Source: Thermoanaerobaculia bacterium (GTDB lineage: Bacteria; Acidobacteriota; Thermoanaerobaculia; UBA5066; Gp7-AA6). From it: 64,000 bases of DNA. Below are positions 1 to 8,434 of the stretch, in pieces. The notes beneath the pieces are model-generated. The model ran no database searches, was not told where the DNA came from, and was given only the letters and a program-made list of their open reading frames with translations. The translations under genes and the position numbers were made by a program. The DNA lies in contig DASXSX010000064.1 in assembly GCA_036505815.1 (NCBI GenBank), positions 8,895-72,894 on the forward strand. Direction: 5' to 3'. Position 1 is the stretch's first letter. The number at the start of each line of letters is the position of its first letter.

Positions 1-1
1 T

Positions 2-1876
2 CTCGTGGAAATCGGTGAGCTCTACGACGCGGAGCTCGAGATCGCCTCGCTTCTCGAGGAGCGTCCGGAGGATCTGACTGCCCTCGACCTGCTGGCGAAG
101 ATCAAGCACATGCGCGGAGAGCTGTCGGCGGCAGTCGCGTGTTGGGCGCAGGTGCACGCGAAGACGCCTTCGTATGGAGAAGGGCTGATGCGGCTCTCGT
201 CGATCTTGCAGCTCGCACGGGACACCGAGAGAGGAACGGGCGAGTTTCTCGTGCTGGGCCCCTATCAGCTCTGGCGGAAGCCCGCAGCGCATCTCGAGCT
301 CGAAGAGGTCTTCCGTCTCTTTCTTTCGCGAAAGCCCCTCGAGGCGATGGGCCGCTGTGACGAGCTCGCCGAAAAGTACCGCGGCCGCGACGTCGAGCTC
401 TTCAAGCTGGTGGTCCTCGCGAAGGGTTGGATCGCGCAGCTCGCGGGTGATCTCGACTCTGCCCGCTCGATCTTGGAGGAGCTCGGCTCGGAGCGTGGAT
501 TCGAGACGGACAGCGATCGGATCCTGGCGCTCGCTCGGCTCTATGAGCGCATCGGATCGCCGGAGCTTCTGGAGCGGGCGGTGCAGATTTACCGTCATTT
601 CGAGCGGCACGGGGAAAAGGTCTCGGTCCTCGGCCACCTCGCGTCCCTCTACCGCCGTCTCGGGAGGGACGACGAGGCAGACGACTACGAACGCCTCTTC
701 ACTCAACTCTTTCGAAGAAGAATGCATCGCCCCTCGTTTGCCGACGCGACCTGGATCGCCGCCCGGCGGTACGTCCCGCTCTGGAAGCTTCTCCGCATCC
801 AGTTTCCCGAGATGGACACCTTCCCCGACGGATCGTCTCGGGAGAAGGCGATCGGGCTCGCCCTGCGCGGCGAATGGCGGGAAGCCCGGGAGCTCTTCGC
901 GCGCGGGGGAGGAGTCCTCGATGCGAAGTACCTTGCCGACCTTTCCGCGCACGACGGCGCGCCCGAACATGCGGCCCGGCTCTACATCGAAAGTCTGGAG
1001 GCCGAGCCCGACGATCTCGCGGTCGTCGAGTGGCTGCTCGAGCATTACGCGTCGCGCGACTCCGCGCAAATCGCGGATTACTTTCGGCAGCCGGACGCCG
1101 CCGATCGCACGTTGCACCTGCTCCAGTCGGCCCTCCGCGCGTCCCCGCGGCGGCCGAGCCTCTGGCGCGAGATGGCTTCCTTCCACCGGATCATCGGCCG
1201 GGACGGCGAGGCAGCGCGCTGCTTCGAGAGGGCTCTCGCGCTTGAGGAAGCGGCGGCACGCGACCGCGAGCCGGTCGGCCGCGTGCTCGCCGACGCGGTC
1301 TACCGATTCGTGGGCCGGGCTAAAGGACTAATTCACGAGATCTGGGCGGCGCGGCGTCCGGCAGCCCCCGGACGGGGAGGCTTCCTGGAAGAAATCCTCG
1401 GAAACCTGACGCCGGAGATGACACAGCTCGTCCGGAACACGTTTCTATCCGTGCGGGAATATGCCCGGGCGCGGTGGCCTCAGCAGACTCGCGGCATCCT
1501 CGACTTCAACTACACCTACAAAGTGACGAAGGAGGACGAGCCGTCGGGCGGCACGTCCGCTGCGCTCCCATCCGCGCTCGCCTTTCTCTCGGTCTTCCTC
1601 GACCGCCCCGTCCCACAGGACATGGCGTCGAGCGGGGTGCTGATCGCGGACTCGCACGACGTCCAGGTCGTCCGCCCGGTCGGGGACCCGGAATACAAAG
1701 TCCGGGGCGCCTACAACCGCAACCTGCGGGCAGTCATCCTCCCGGAAGGGAACCGGGCGGACCTCGAAGCCAATCCGCTCGTACCTGCTCCCGTCTGCCG
1801 CGAGATCGTTCGCTACGTCGCGACCCTGGACGACGCAGTCGTCCTCGCCTTCGGCGAGGACGTCTGGATCGCCTGA
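2..1876 (+). CDS. TPR-like repeat protein with C-terminal Lon-type (S16-like) serine peptidase domain; frame is open to the window edge so the 5' end may be missing
   Basis: Track ORF 5..1876 with the frame open upstream. The first ~480 aa are helical-repeat (TPR-like) sequence. The C-terminal segment GGTSAALPSALAFLSVFLDRPV...SSGVL...EYKVRGAYNRNLRAVILPEGNRADL follows the Lon proteolytic-domain layout GPSAG..NPV..MTGEI..LKEKLLAA..IIPxxN. No Walker A/B motifs are visible. Confidence 0.7.
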   Translation, partial: LVEIGELYDAELEIASLLEERPEDLTALDLLAKIKHMRGELSAAVACWAQVHAKTPSYGEGLMRLSSILQLARDTERGTGEFLVLGPYQLWRKPAAHLELEEVFRLFLSRKPLEAMGRCDELAEKYRGRDVELFKLVVLAKGWIAQLAGDLDSARSILEELGSERGFETDSDRILALARLYERIGSPELLERAVQIYRHFERHGEKVSVLGHLASLYRRLGRDDEADDYERLFTQLFRRRMHRPSFADATWIAARRYVPLWKLLRIQFPEMDTFPDGSSREKAIGLALRGEWREARELFARGGGVLDAKYLADLSAHDGAPEHAARLYIESLEAEPDDLAVVEWLLEHYASRDSAQIADYFRQPDAADRTLHLLQSALRASPRRPSLWREMASFHRIIGRDGEAARCFERALALEEAAARDREPVGRVLADAVYRFVGRAKGLIHEIWAARRPAAPGRGGFLEEILGNLTPEMTQLVRNTFLSVREYARARWPQQTRGILDFNYTYKVTKEDEPSGGTSAALPSALAFLSVFLDRPVPQDMASSGVLIADSHDVQVVRPVGDPEYKVRGAYNRNLRAVILPEGNRADLEANPLVPAPVCREIVRYVATLDDAVVLAFGEDVWIA

Positions 1877-1900
1877 ACCGGGCCGGACCGAGCCGACACG

Positions 1901-1923
1901 CGACGGGAGGAAACCTCCCGCCG
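1901..1923. terminator. Possible bidirectional hairpin between convergent genes
   Basis: cgggagg (1904-1910), loop aaa, cctcccg (1914-1920), extendable by 2 bp. It lies between the stop at 1874-1876 (+) and the stop at 1927-1929 (-). There is no clear U-run. Confidence 0.3.
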
Positions 1924-1926
1924 GGT

Positions 1927-2475
1927 TCAGTGAACGCGGATCGGCCGGGGAGTCGTGTCCTGGCCGGGCTCTTTTGGAATCCGCAGCTCGAGAACGCCGT
2001 GCTTCATCTCCGCCTTCGGCTCGATCGGGCGCGAAAGGGACTGCAGGAGGATCGCTCGGCGGAACGTGCCGACCGGGGACTCCGACGCCCGCAGCCGGAA
2101 CTCCTGGCCACCCGGGGCCGGCCGCGTTCCCGTGATCGTCAGCAACTTTCCGCGCGTCACGATCTCGACCTGCTCTCTCGTCACTCCGGGCAGGTCCACG
2201 CTGACCAACACTTCGGTGTCGCTTTCCCAGACCGAGACGGGCGGAGCCCAAGCCGGCTTCGGCCGGCTGTCGAACTCCATCTGGCCCAAGACCTGGAGCA
2301 GGCGATCGAGCTGCTTCTCGACGTGCTGGGCGGGGTCCTTCTCGGCCGGGATCGGCGCGTATGGAGTCTCGAGAGAAGGTGCCTCCCGACCCGTGACCGT
2401 CTGGTAGAGCTGCTCCAAGTGTCCGATGCTCTGGTCGATCGCCGGCATTCCGGCGGTCTGTTCGGTTTCCATCAT
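1927..2475 (-). CDS. Hsp20/alpha-crystallin family small heat-shock protein
   Basis: Alpha-crystallin core WAPPVSVWESDTEVLVSVDLPGV...GKLLTITGTR...GTFRRAILLQ...MKHGVLELRIPK. Start placed at the ATGATG ending at 2475 (track ORF runs to 2544) because GGAGG (complement of 2486-2490) lies 10 nt upstream. Confidence 0.9.
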   Translation of the reverse strand: MMETEQTAGMPAIDQSIGHLEQLYQTVTGREAPSLETPYAPIPAEKDPAQHVEKQLDRLLQVLGQMEFDSRPKPAWAPPVSVWESDTEVLVSVDLPGVTREQVEIVTRGKLLTITGTRPAPGGQEFRLRASESPVGTFRRAILLQSLSRPIEPKAEMKHGVLELRIPKEPGQDTTPRPIRVH

Positions 2476-2545
2476 TTGAGTTCGTCCTCCTTTCCTGCGA
2501 ACTTCTTCGATTTGGCGGAAGTCCGCGGGTGGTCCTGCCATCAAC

Positions 2546-2581
2546 TTCGAAAACGAAGGGCGAGGCCTTTCGACCCCGCCC
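2546..2581 (-). terminator. Intrinsic terminator after the low-complexity protein gene
   Basis: Minus-strand RNA gggcggggtc-gaaa-ggcctcgccc forms a 10-bp stem (two G-U pairs) with a GNRA loop, followed by uucguuuucg. It starts 29 nt after the stop at 2610-2612. Confidence 0.6.
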
Positions 2582-2609
2582 TCACGCGCTGCCGACCGAT
2601 CCTCCTATT

Positions 2610-3131
2610 TCAGTAGATCGTCACGATCGGCGGGGTCGGCAGCTGGGCGTACGGAAACGTCTGCACGATCCTCGCCGTCAGGAGCGGGTCGGCCCACACG
2701 GGGCGGCGGAATGCCTCGAGCGCATCCGGGCTCGTATGGGTCAAGCCCGCCATCAGCGGATTCACGCCGGTTCCGAAAGCCCCGGCCGGCTGTGGGTAGC
2801 CCGCTCCCGCGAACCCAGGGAAGTATCCCTGGGGGAAATGTCCCTGTGTGAACGGCACCTGGCCGAAGACATTCGGAGACCCGAACGGAGCGACCGGGCT
2901 CTGGCCGATTCCGGGCTGCAAGAACGGGTTCTGCCCGAACCCACTGTGCGTGAGCCCGAGCCCGTACTCGAGGGCGGGGTTCTGGCCCGCGCCGATCCCG
3001 CCCTGTACACCCGTCGACGCGCCCGAGAGTCCGTGGACCGACAGTCGGACCTGGTTCAGCGCGTCGATGCACTGGTTGATCCGGTCGTTCAGAAGCTGAA
3101 GTTTCCGGATGTCGACTTTCGCAGTTTCCAT
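2610..3131 (-). CDS. Hypothetical protein: N-terminal helix plus uncharged G/Q/P/F-rich low-complexity region
   Basis: Start ATG at 3131 with AAGGAGG 8 nt upstream (track ORF extends to 3236). GC-rich third codon positions. Repeats GAGQNPA, GFGQNPF and GIGQSPV. No family recognised. Confidence 0.6.
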   Translation of the reverse strand: METAKVDIRKLQLLNDRINQCIDALNQVRLSVHGLSGASTGVQGGIGAGQNPALEYGLGLTHSGFGQNPFLQPGIGQSPVAPFGSPNVFGQVPFTQGHFPQGYFPGFAGAGYPQPAGAFGTGVNPLMAGLTHTSPDALEAFRRPVWADPLLTARIVQTFPYAQLPTPPIVTIY

Positions 3132-3282
3132 CGTGTCTGCCTCCTTTGGTTGAGAGTTTCGAACCTTTACCATGACCTCTGCAGATGAAACGCTAATCGC
3201 CGCGCGGGGATTGGGCAATCCGGCAAATCCCTGCATCGTAGGGGGGAAAAGCCCTGATGTCCGGTCGGGGAAGGGCCCGAAG

Positions 3283-3915
3283 CTACGCCTGGATCAGGCC
3301 GCGTCGGATCGCGTACCGGACGAGCCCCGCGGTGTCGTGGATCTCGAGCTTCCGCATGATGTGAGTTCGGTGCGACTCGGCCGTCTTCGCGCTGATGCCG
3401 AGAGTCTGCGCGATCTGCTTGGTCGTCTTGCCTTCCGCGACGAGCTGAAGAACCTCGCGTTCGCGCGGCGTCAGAGGATCGTCCGGCAGCGACTTGTGGC
3501 CGAGGTAGGCGTCCACGACGACGCGGGAGACCGCGGGTGAGAGATAAATCTCTCCGCGGCAGACCTCCTGGATCGCCCGGACGAGGTGAGAAGCGGCCTG
3601 CGACTTCAGGACATACCCGCGGAAGCCGGCGTGGAGGGCCGCAAGGACGTACTGGTCCTCGGCATACATGGTCAGCGCGATCGTGCGGACTTGCGGGCAG
3701 CTCTCGCGGATCGCCCGCGTCGCGTCGATTCCGTTCAATTGAGGCATCGCCAGGTCGAGGATGGCGACGTCCGGAACGAGCTCGCGCGTCAGCCGTGTCG
3801 CCTCGCGTCCATCCGATGCCTCCGCCACCACTTCGAACTTCTCCCTCTCGAGCAAGGCTTTCAACCCCTGCCGGACGACCACGTGGTCTTCGGCGATCAA
3901 GACACGGCAGGTCAT
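3283..3915 (-). CDS. Response regulator, NarL/FixJ family (REC + LuxR-type HTH)
   Basis: RVLIAEDHVVVRQGL...DVAILDLAMPQLNG is a receiver domain. LTPREREVLQLVAEGKTTKQIAQTLGISAKTAESHRTHIMRKL is a LuxR-type HTH. ATGA overlap with the upstream kinase gene. Confidence 0.92.
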   Translation of the reverse strand: MTCRVLIAEDHVVVRQGLKALLEREKFEVVAEASDGREATRLTRELVPDVAILDLAMPQLNGIDATRAIRESCPQVRTIALTMYAEDQYVLAALHAGFRGYVLKSQAASHLVRAIQEVCRGEIYLSPAVSRVVVDAYLGHKSLPDDPLTPREREVLQLVAEGKTTKQIAQTLGISAKTAESHRTHIMRKLEIHDTAGLVRYAIRRGLIQA

Positions 3916-5237
3916 CCGGTGCCTCGGATCGGAACGGTCACCAGAAGCTCCGTCCCGCCTCCCGGCCGTGACCGCAGCTTGAACTTTCCGCCGAGCGCAT
4001 CCAGCCGCTCCCGAATCCCGAGTAAACCGAGCCCGCGGCGTCCTGAAGCTCCGGCGGTGACTCGATCGATCGACATCCCGACCCCGTCGTCTCGGATCGA
4101 ACAGCGGAGCGCTTTGGGCTCACGGGAGATCCGAATCGATGCGTGCGTCGCCCCCGCATGTCGGGCGATGTTCGTCAGCGCCTCCTGCACGATCCGGTAA
4201 ACGGCGGTCTCGACCGGCGGCTCGAGACGTCCTTTCGTTGAACCTTCGACCGATGAGGAGATTCCAGTCCGTGCCGCAAAACCCTCCGTCAGGAACTCGA
4301 GGGCCGGCCCGAGCCCGAGGTCGTCTAAGATCGTCGGCCGCAACTCGTGAGACAGCCGCCGCAGTCGCTCCTCGAGCGCGTCGAGAAGGCCGTGCACCGT
4401 CTCGATTCGTCCACGGTCGGCCTCTGCCAGCTCCGCGCCGATCTCGGCGAGCGCGAGACGGATCGAAGTCGTCATCTGGCCCACTTCGTCATGGAGCTCG
4501 CGAGCGATCCGGCGGGACTCCTCTTCTCGCGCGTGAAGCGACCGATCCGCAAGGATCCGGAGCTCGTCGCGGCTCGCGAGCATCTGACGGTAGAGCGACA
4601 GATACCGCTGCTCGCTCTCCTTCAGCTTGCGTTCGACGCGCGTGCGCTTTCGGATATCGCGCACGGACCACGCGATCGCGAACGAGCGATCGACCGGAAC
4701 CCGGGCTCCCGTCAAAGCCCCATCGAAGGGCTCGCCGCCCGCCGGCTGCAGCTTCAAAGGGAGCTCTTCGAATCCGTGCCGGCCCGAGCGGCGCAGGGCG
4801 GTCAGGCGCGCGCGAAACTCCCGGCGATCCCCCGGGCAGATGAAACGCGAGAGGGAGCGGCCGGCGAGAGCGCGCTGATCGACCCGAAGGAGGGTTCCCG
4901 CGATGCGATTCGCTTGCCGGATCTTTCCTTCGCCGTCGGTCGCGAGATAGCCGTCGGGCGCAAACTCGAAGAGCGCTCGATATTGGTCGAACGCGAGAGA
5001 CGGCGGCCTCCGCCCACGGCGACCCGCGTCCCCCCAGAGAGGACCGAGCGGCCGCCCCCTGGGTTCGAAGGACCGGCGGAAGGCACCCTGGCCCATCCTT
5101 CCACCTCCATTCCCGTGAGCGAGCCGCGGCGGCCCACAGCTCGCCCGCCGGACGAGTTTCTTTTCCAGTTTGTTTTTAACCCGCCAGCCGACGAGAAGCA
5201 ACCCGGGATTCCCGGATTTCCCCAAAAAGTGAACCAC
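3912..5237 (-). CDS. Sensor histidine kinase (PAS + HisKA_3 + HATPase_c), apparently cytoplasmic
   Basis: PAS-like YRALFEFAPDGYLATDGEGKIRQAN. H-box RRIARELHDEVGQ. ATPase motifs QEALTNIARHA, DDGVG, GLGLLGIRER. The true start may be the internal ATG at 5096 (MGQGAF). Confidence 0.85.
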   Translation of the reverse strand: MVHFLGKSGNPGLLLVGWRVKNKLEKKLVRRASCGPPRLAHGNGGGRMGQGAFRRSFEPRGRPLGPLWGDAGRRGRRPPSLAFDQYRALFEFAPDGYLATDGEGKIRQANRIAGTLLRVDQRALAGRSLSRFICPGDRREFRARLTALRRSGRHGFEELPLKLQPAGGEPFDGALTGARVPVDRSFAIAWSVRDIRKRTRVERKLKESEQRYLSLYRQMLASRDELRILADRSLHAREEESRRIARELHDEVGQMTTSIRLALAEIGAELAEADRGRIETVHGLLDALEERLRRLSHELRPTILDDLGLGPALEFLTEGFAARTGISSSVEGSTKGRLEPPVETAVYRIVQEALTNIARHAGATHASIRISREPKALRCSIRDDGVGMSIDRVTAGASGRRGLGLLGIRERLDALGGKFKLRSRPGGGTELLVTVPIRGTG

Positions 5238-5305
5238 GAACCGCTTTTACGGAACGAGCGCAATCATGCGCGGCGGTGCGCCCGAGCCGACCGCGATCCT
5301 CAGAT

Positions 5306-6130
5306 CTATCGCGGCACCAGGGCGATGGCGCGCAAGGGTCCGCCCGAGCCGCCCGCGATTTTCATCGGCAGCGCGACGATCCACGCGCCCGCCTCGGGCA
5401 CGCTTTCCAGGTCGGTCAGGTTCTCGAGGCCCGGAACGTTCGCGGCCGCGACGAGGCGATGGACGGGAAAGTCCTTCGAAGGCCCGTGGTCGATCGACGC
5501 CGTGTCGACGCCGATCGCTCCGACGCGCCGCTCGCGCACCAGGAATCCGGCCGCGTCCGCGCCGTACGACGGGAAGTGGAGGTTCGATGCGTCGCCGGGC
5601 GTGTCGTCTCCGAGATACCGCTTCTTATCCGGCCAGCGTTTGCTCCAGCCGGTGCGCAGCAGAACGATCGCGCCGCCCGGGATCGTGCCGTGCTTCTTCT
5701 CCCACGCGCGGACTTCCGCGATCGAAAGCCGGTGATCCCGGTCTTCCACTGCGGCTTCCGTGAGGTCGATGACGACCGCCGGAGCGACGAGCTGCCGGAC
5801 CGGTACCTGGTCGGCGGTCTTCTGGCCGCGCGCAAAGTGGATCGGCGCGTCGAGATGTGTGCCGCCGTGCTCCGGCGCGCAGAACGAGTTCGCCGAGTAG
5901 AACCAGCCTCCTTCCGTCATTCCAGAGGTCAGCGCCGTCAGCTCGAAGCGGGTCGGAGAAGTCGGCCAGTAGATCGTGTCGGCGTCGAATGGGTGGGTGA
6001 GGTCGACGACGCGTGCACTCCGAAGGTCGGGCGTCAGGGGCTTCGTCGCCTTGCGTTTCTCGGCCGCCGCGGCTGAACCGGCGGCCAGCAGCAGCAAGAA
6101 GACGACAGTGCCGGGCTTGTATTTGTTCAT
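5306..6130 (-). CDS. Putative cyclase / kynurenine-formamidase family protein with signal peptide
   Basis: N-terminal hydrophobic signal VVFLLLLAAGSAAAA. Cyclase-family motifs HPFDADTIYWP and GTHLDAPIHF. Confidence 0.8.
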   Translation of the reverse strand: MNKYKPGTVVFLLLLAAGSAAAAEKRKATKPLTPDLRSARVVDLTHPFDADTIYWPTSPTRFELTALTSGMTEGGWFYSANSFCAPEHGGTHLDAPIHFARGQKTADQVPVRQLVAPAVVIDLTEAAVEDRDHRLSIAEVRAWEKKHGTIPGGAIVLLRTGWSKRWPDKKRYLGDDTPGDASNLHFPSYGADAAGFLVRERRVGAIGVDTASIDHGPSKDFPVHRLVAAANVPGLENLTDLESVPEAGAWIVALPMKIAGGSGGPLRAIALVPR

Positions 6131-6134
6131 GACC

Positions 6135-7082
6135 TCATTCCTCCGGCGGACCTCCGGTCCGCGCGAGATGCTCCATCTTCACGGAGGCCGCCTTGAAGTT
6201 GCGCGCGGAGGCGAGCATCTTCGAGATCGTCGCGTCGAAGGTCGGCGTCGCAGCCCGCTGAAAGCGCAGCGGGTTCACGCGCGCCACGACGAACGCGCGC
6301 AGGTAGGGGCTCTGCAGGCCGCGCTCCTTCAGCGCCGCGACTGATTCGGTCACCGCGCGGTCGAGCTCGAGAACTTTCTCCGACCGCTCGCGGCGAGAGT
6401 CGAGCGCCCTCGGGAGCGGCGCGTCGAAGAACTCGTCCACTTTCTTCAGAACCGGGTGGTAAGCGCCTCCTGAGAAACGGCCGTTCTCCTCGTAACAGAG
6501 GCCGAGCGTCAGGAACGCCGGCTCCTCGAACTCGAGCGCATAGTCCTTCTCCGCCGCCGACGGCTCCTTCTCCGCGAGATCCCGCGCCATCCGGATGGTC
6601 TCGAGCGCCTTCTCCCGGAGGTTGTGGGCCTTCTCGGTGTTCAGCGCCAGGATCTTGTAGGCGAGCTCCGGGTCGGGAAGGACGAGCGCGGTGACCGACT
6701 TCGCCCCGAGCGCCCGGAGCGCCATCAGTCGATGGTGCCCGTTGGGCGTCCAGTACGATCCGTCCGGCCTGCGCACGGCGATGATCGGATCGAGAAAGCG
6801 GTCCAGCCGGTCGATCACCGCGGCCAGACGCTTCACGTGGGCCGGCGACACGTCGCGCTGAAACGGCGTCGGAGACACCTTCTCGATCGGGAGTCCCGCG
6901 AGCACCTGCCACTTCGCGCCGAGCGGATCGCGGTAGATGCCCAGGATGGAGCCTCCGTCCGACTCGATAGCGCGCTCGAGCTTCGTAACCTCCGCCGGAG
7001 ATTCGCGAGGTGCGAGATCTCCGGCCGCGAGCCCCCGGGAACCGGGCTCGGCTCCCTTCTTCTTCTTTCGGCGCGGCGGCAT
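6135..7082 (-). CDS. ParB N-terminal (ParB/sulfiredoxin) domain protein, orphan
   Basis: PIEKVSPTPFQRDVSPAHVKRLAAVIDRLDRFLDPIIAVRRPDGSYWTPNGHHRLMALRALG. Lysine-rich N-terminus PPRRKKKKG. The stop lies 5 nt before the start of the cyclase gene. Confidence 0.75.
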   Translation of the reverse strand: MPPRRKKKKGAEPGSRGLAAGDLAPRESPAEVTKLERAIESDGGSILGIYRDPLGAKWQVLAGLPIEKVSPTPFQRDVSPAHVKRLAAVIDRLDRFLDPIIAVRRPDGSYWTPNGHHRLMALRALGAKSVTALVLPDPELAYKILALNTEKAHNLREKALETIRMARDLAEKEPSAAEKDYALEFEEPAFLTLGLCYEENGRFSGGAYHPVLKKVDEFFDAPLPRALDSRRERSEKVLELDRAVTESVAALKERGLQSPYLRAFVVARVNPLRFQRAATPTFDATISKMLASARNFKAASVKMEHLARTGGPPEE

Positions 7083-7104
7083 CGCAGGTTCTTCCGGCCC
7101 GACC

Positions 7105-7110
7105 TATATT
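7105..7110 (+). promoter_or_regulatory. Candidate -10 hexamer TATATT, 8 nt upstream of ATG 7119 (near-leaderless transcript?)
   Basis: TATATT followed by gtcacgcg and then ATG. No Shine-Dalgarno in the spacer. Lies in a 36-nt divergent intergenic region. Confidence 0.3.
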
Positions 7111-7118
7111 GTCACGCG

Positions 7119-8102
7119 ATGCGCACGGCAAAGTGGCCGATCGAGTTCCGCGACGTTCTCGAAGCGCGCCGGCGCATCGGTCCCTATCTTCCACCGACGC
7201 CGCTTCGGAACTACCCGCCCTTGGACGAGGTCGTGGGGAACGGAATTCGCGTGTGGGTCAAGCACGAGAACCACAACCCGACGAACTCGTTCAAGGCCCG
7301 CAACGCGATGTCGGTCCTGACGGCGCTCTCCGCATCCGAGCTCCGGCAGGGAGTCCTCGGCGCGACCCGTGGCAACCACGGGCAGGGGCTCGCGTGGGCC
7401 GGTTCGATCCTGGGCGCGCCGGTCACCGTCTGCGTTCCGTTCGGGAACAACCGCGAGAAGAACGAGGCGATACGCGGCTTCGGAGCGGAGCTCGTCGAGG
7501 CTGGCCGCGATTACGACGAGTGTCTCGAAGTCGCGGAGCGGCTCGTCGCCGAGCGGGGAATGCGCATGGTCCACTCGACCAACGAGCCTCTGGTCCTTGC
7601 GGGAGCGGCGACGCTCACGCTCGAGATCCTCGAGGAGCGCCCGCGGATCGAGGCCATCGTGGTCGCCGTCGGGGGTGGCTCGCAGTCGGTCGGCGCGTTG
7701 ACCGTCGTCCGCGAGATCGCGCCGCGCATGCGCGTCTACGCGGTTCAGGCGGAGCGTGCCTCGGCCGTTCACGACTCGTGGCACGCGGGACGCGTCTTGA
7801 CCCGCGATTCCGCGGACACCTTCGCCGACGGTCTTGCGACCCGGCGGCCGTACGAGATGACCTTTCCTGCTCTTTGCGAAGGACTGTCCGGCTTCGTTAC
7901 GGCGAGCGAGTCCGAGATCGCCGAAGCGGTGCGACTCCTGCTCTCGACGGCGCACAACCTCGCCGAGGGGGCGGGGGCGGCCGGGCTCGCGGGCCTGCGG
8001 CGGCTTTCGGAGGAGCTCGCCGGGCGCGAGGTCGCGGTGATCCTTTCGGGCGGGAACATCGATGCCGAGACCCTCGGCAAAGTCGTTGCAAGGGCGCTTT
8101 GA
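7119..8102 (+). CDS. PLP-dependent enzyme of the threonine/serine dehydratase (PALP) family
   Basis: VKHENHNPTNSFKARNA is the PLP-lysine motif, with GNHGQGLAWAG and a glycine-rich VGGGSQ loop. Start at ATG 7119; the upstream part of track ORF 6624..8102 is antisense to the ParB-like gene. Confidence 0.85.
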   Translation: MRTAKWPIEFRDVLEARRRIGPYLPPTPLRNYPPLDEVVGNGIRVWVKHENHNPTNSFKARNAMSVLTALSASELRQGVLGATRGNHGQGLAWAGSILGAPVTVCVPFGNNREKNEAIRGFGAELVEAGRDYDECLEVAERLVAERGMRMVHSTNEPLVLAGAATLTLEILEERPRIEAIVVAVGGGSQSVGALTVVREIAPRMRVYAVQAERASAVHDSWHAGRVLTRDSADTFADGLATRRPYEMTFPALCEGLSGFVTASESEIAEAVRLLLSTAHNLAEGAGAAGLAGLRRLSEELAGREVAVILSGGNIDAETLGKVVARAL

Positions 8103-8118
8103 AGACGGAGGAATCGAG

Positions 8119-8424
8119 ATGAAGAAAGCTTCGCTTCTCCTGCCCGCCGCCGGTCTCCTGTCGCTCTTCCTCGGGTCGGCAACCGCCCCGGCTGTTCCGG
8201 TGTACATCCGCATCCGGCCACCTCGGATTCGCGTGGAGAGGCGTCCGGTGGCGCCGTCCCGCCGCCACGTCTGGGTCCGGGGCTATTACCGATGGGATGG
8301 GGCGCGCTACGTCTGGGTGCCCGGACGCTGGGAGCTGGGGCCGCGCATCGGAGCGATATGGGTCCCGGGGCACTGGCGGCATACGCGCCGTGGCTGGTAC
8401 TGGGTCGAGGGACACTGGCGCTAA
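8119..8424 (+). CDS. Secreted WxxGxW (YXWGXW) repeat protein
   Basis: Signal peptide MKKASLLLPAAGLLSLFLGSATA. Repeats YVWVPGRW, AIWVPGHW, WYWVEGHW. GGAGGA lies upstream of ATG 8119. Confidence 0.7.
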   Translation: MKKASLLLPAAGLLSLFLGSATAPAVPVYIRIRPPRIRVERRPVAPSRRHVWVRGYYRWDGARYVWVPGRWELGPRIGAIWVPGHWRHTRRGWYWVEGHWR

Positions 8425-8434
8425 GAGTCTTTGT

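Noticed and set aside
2523-2540. Sigma-54-like TGGCAG...GC element upstream of hsp20 on the minus strand. It also resembles ccgcggtggtcttgcca at 8472-8488.
   Set aside because: The GG-to-GC spacing is 11 nt rather than the invariant 10, and the -12 element is CCCGC rather than TTGC. The similarity to the 8.47 kb sequence is short (~17 nt with an indel), and that copy points antisense into a gene.
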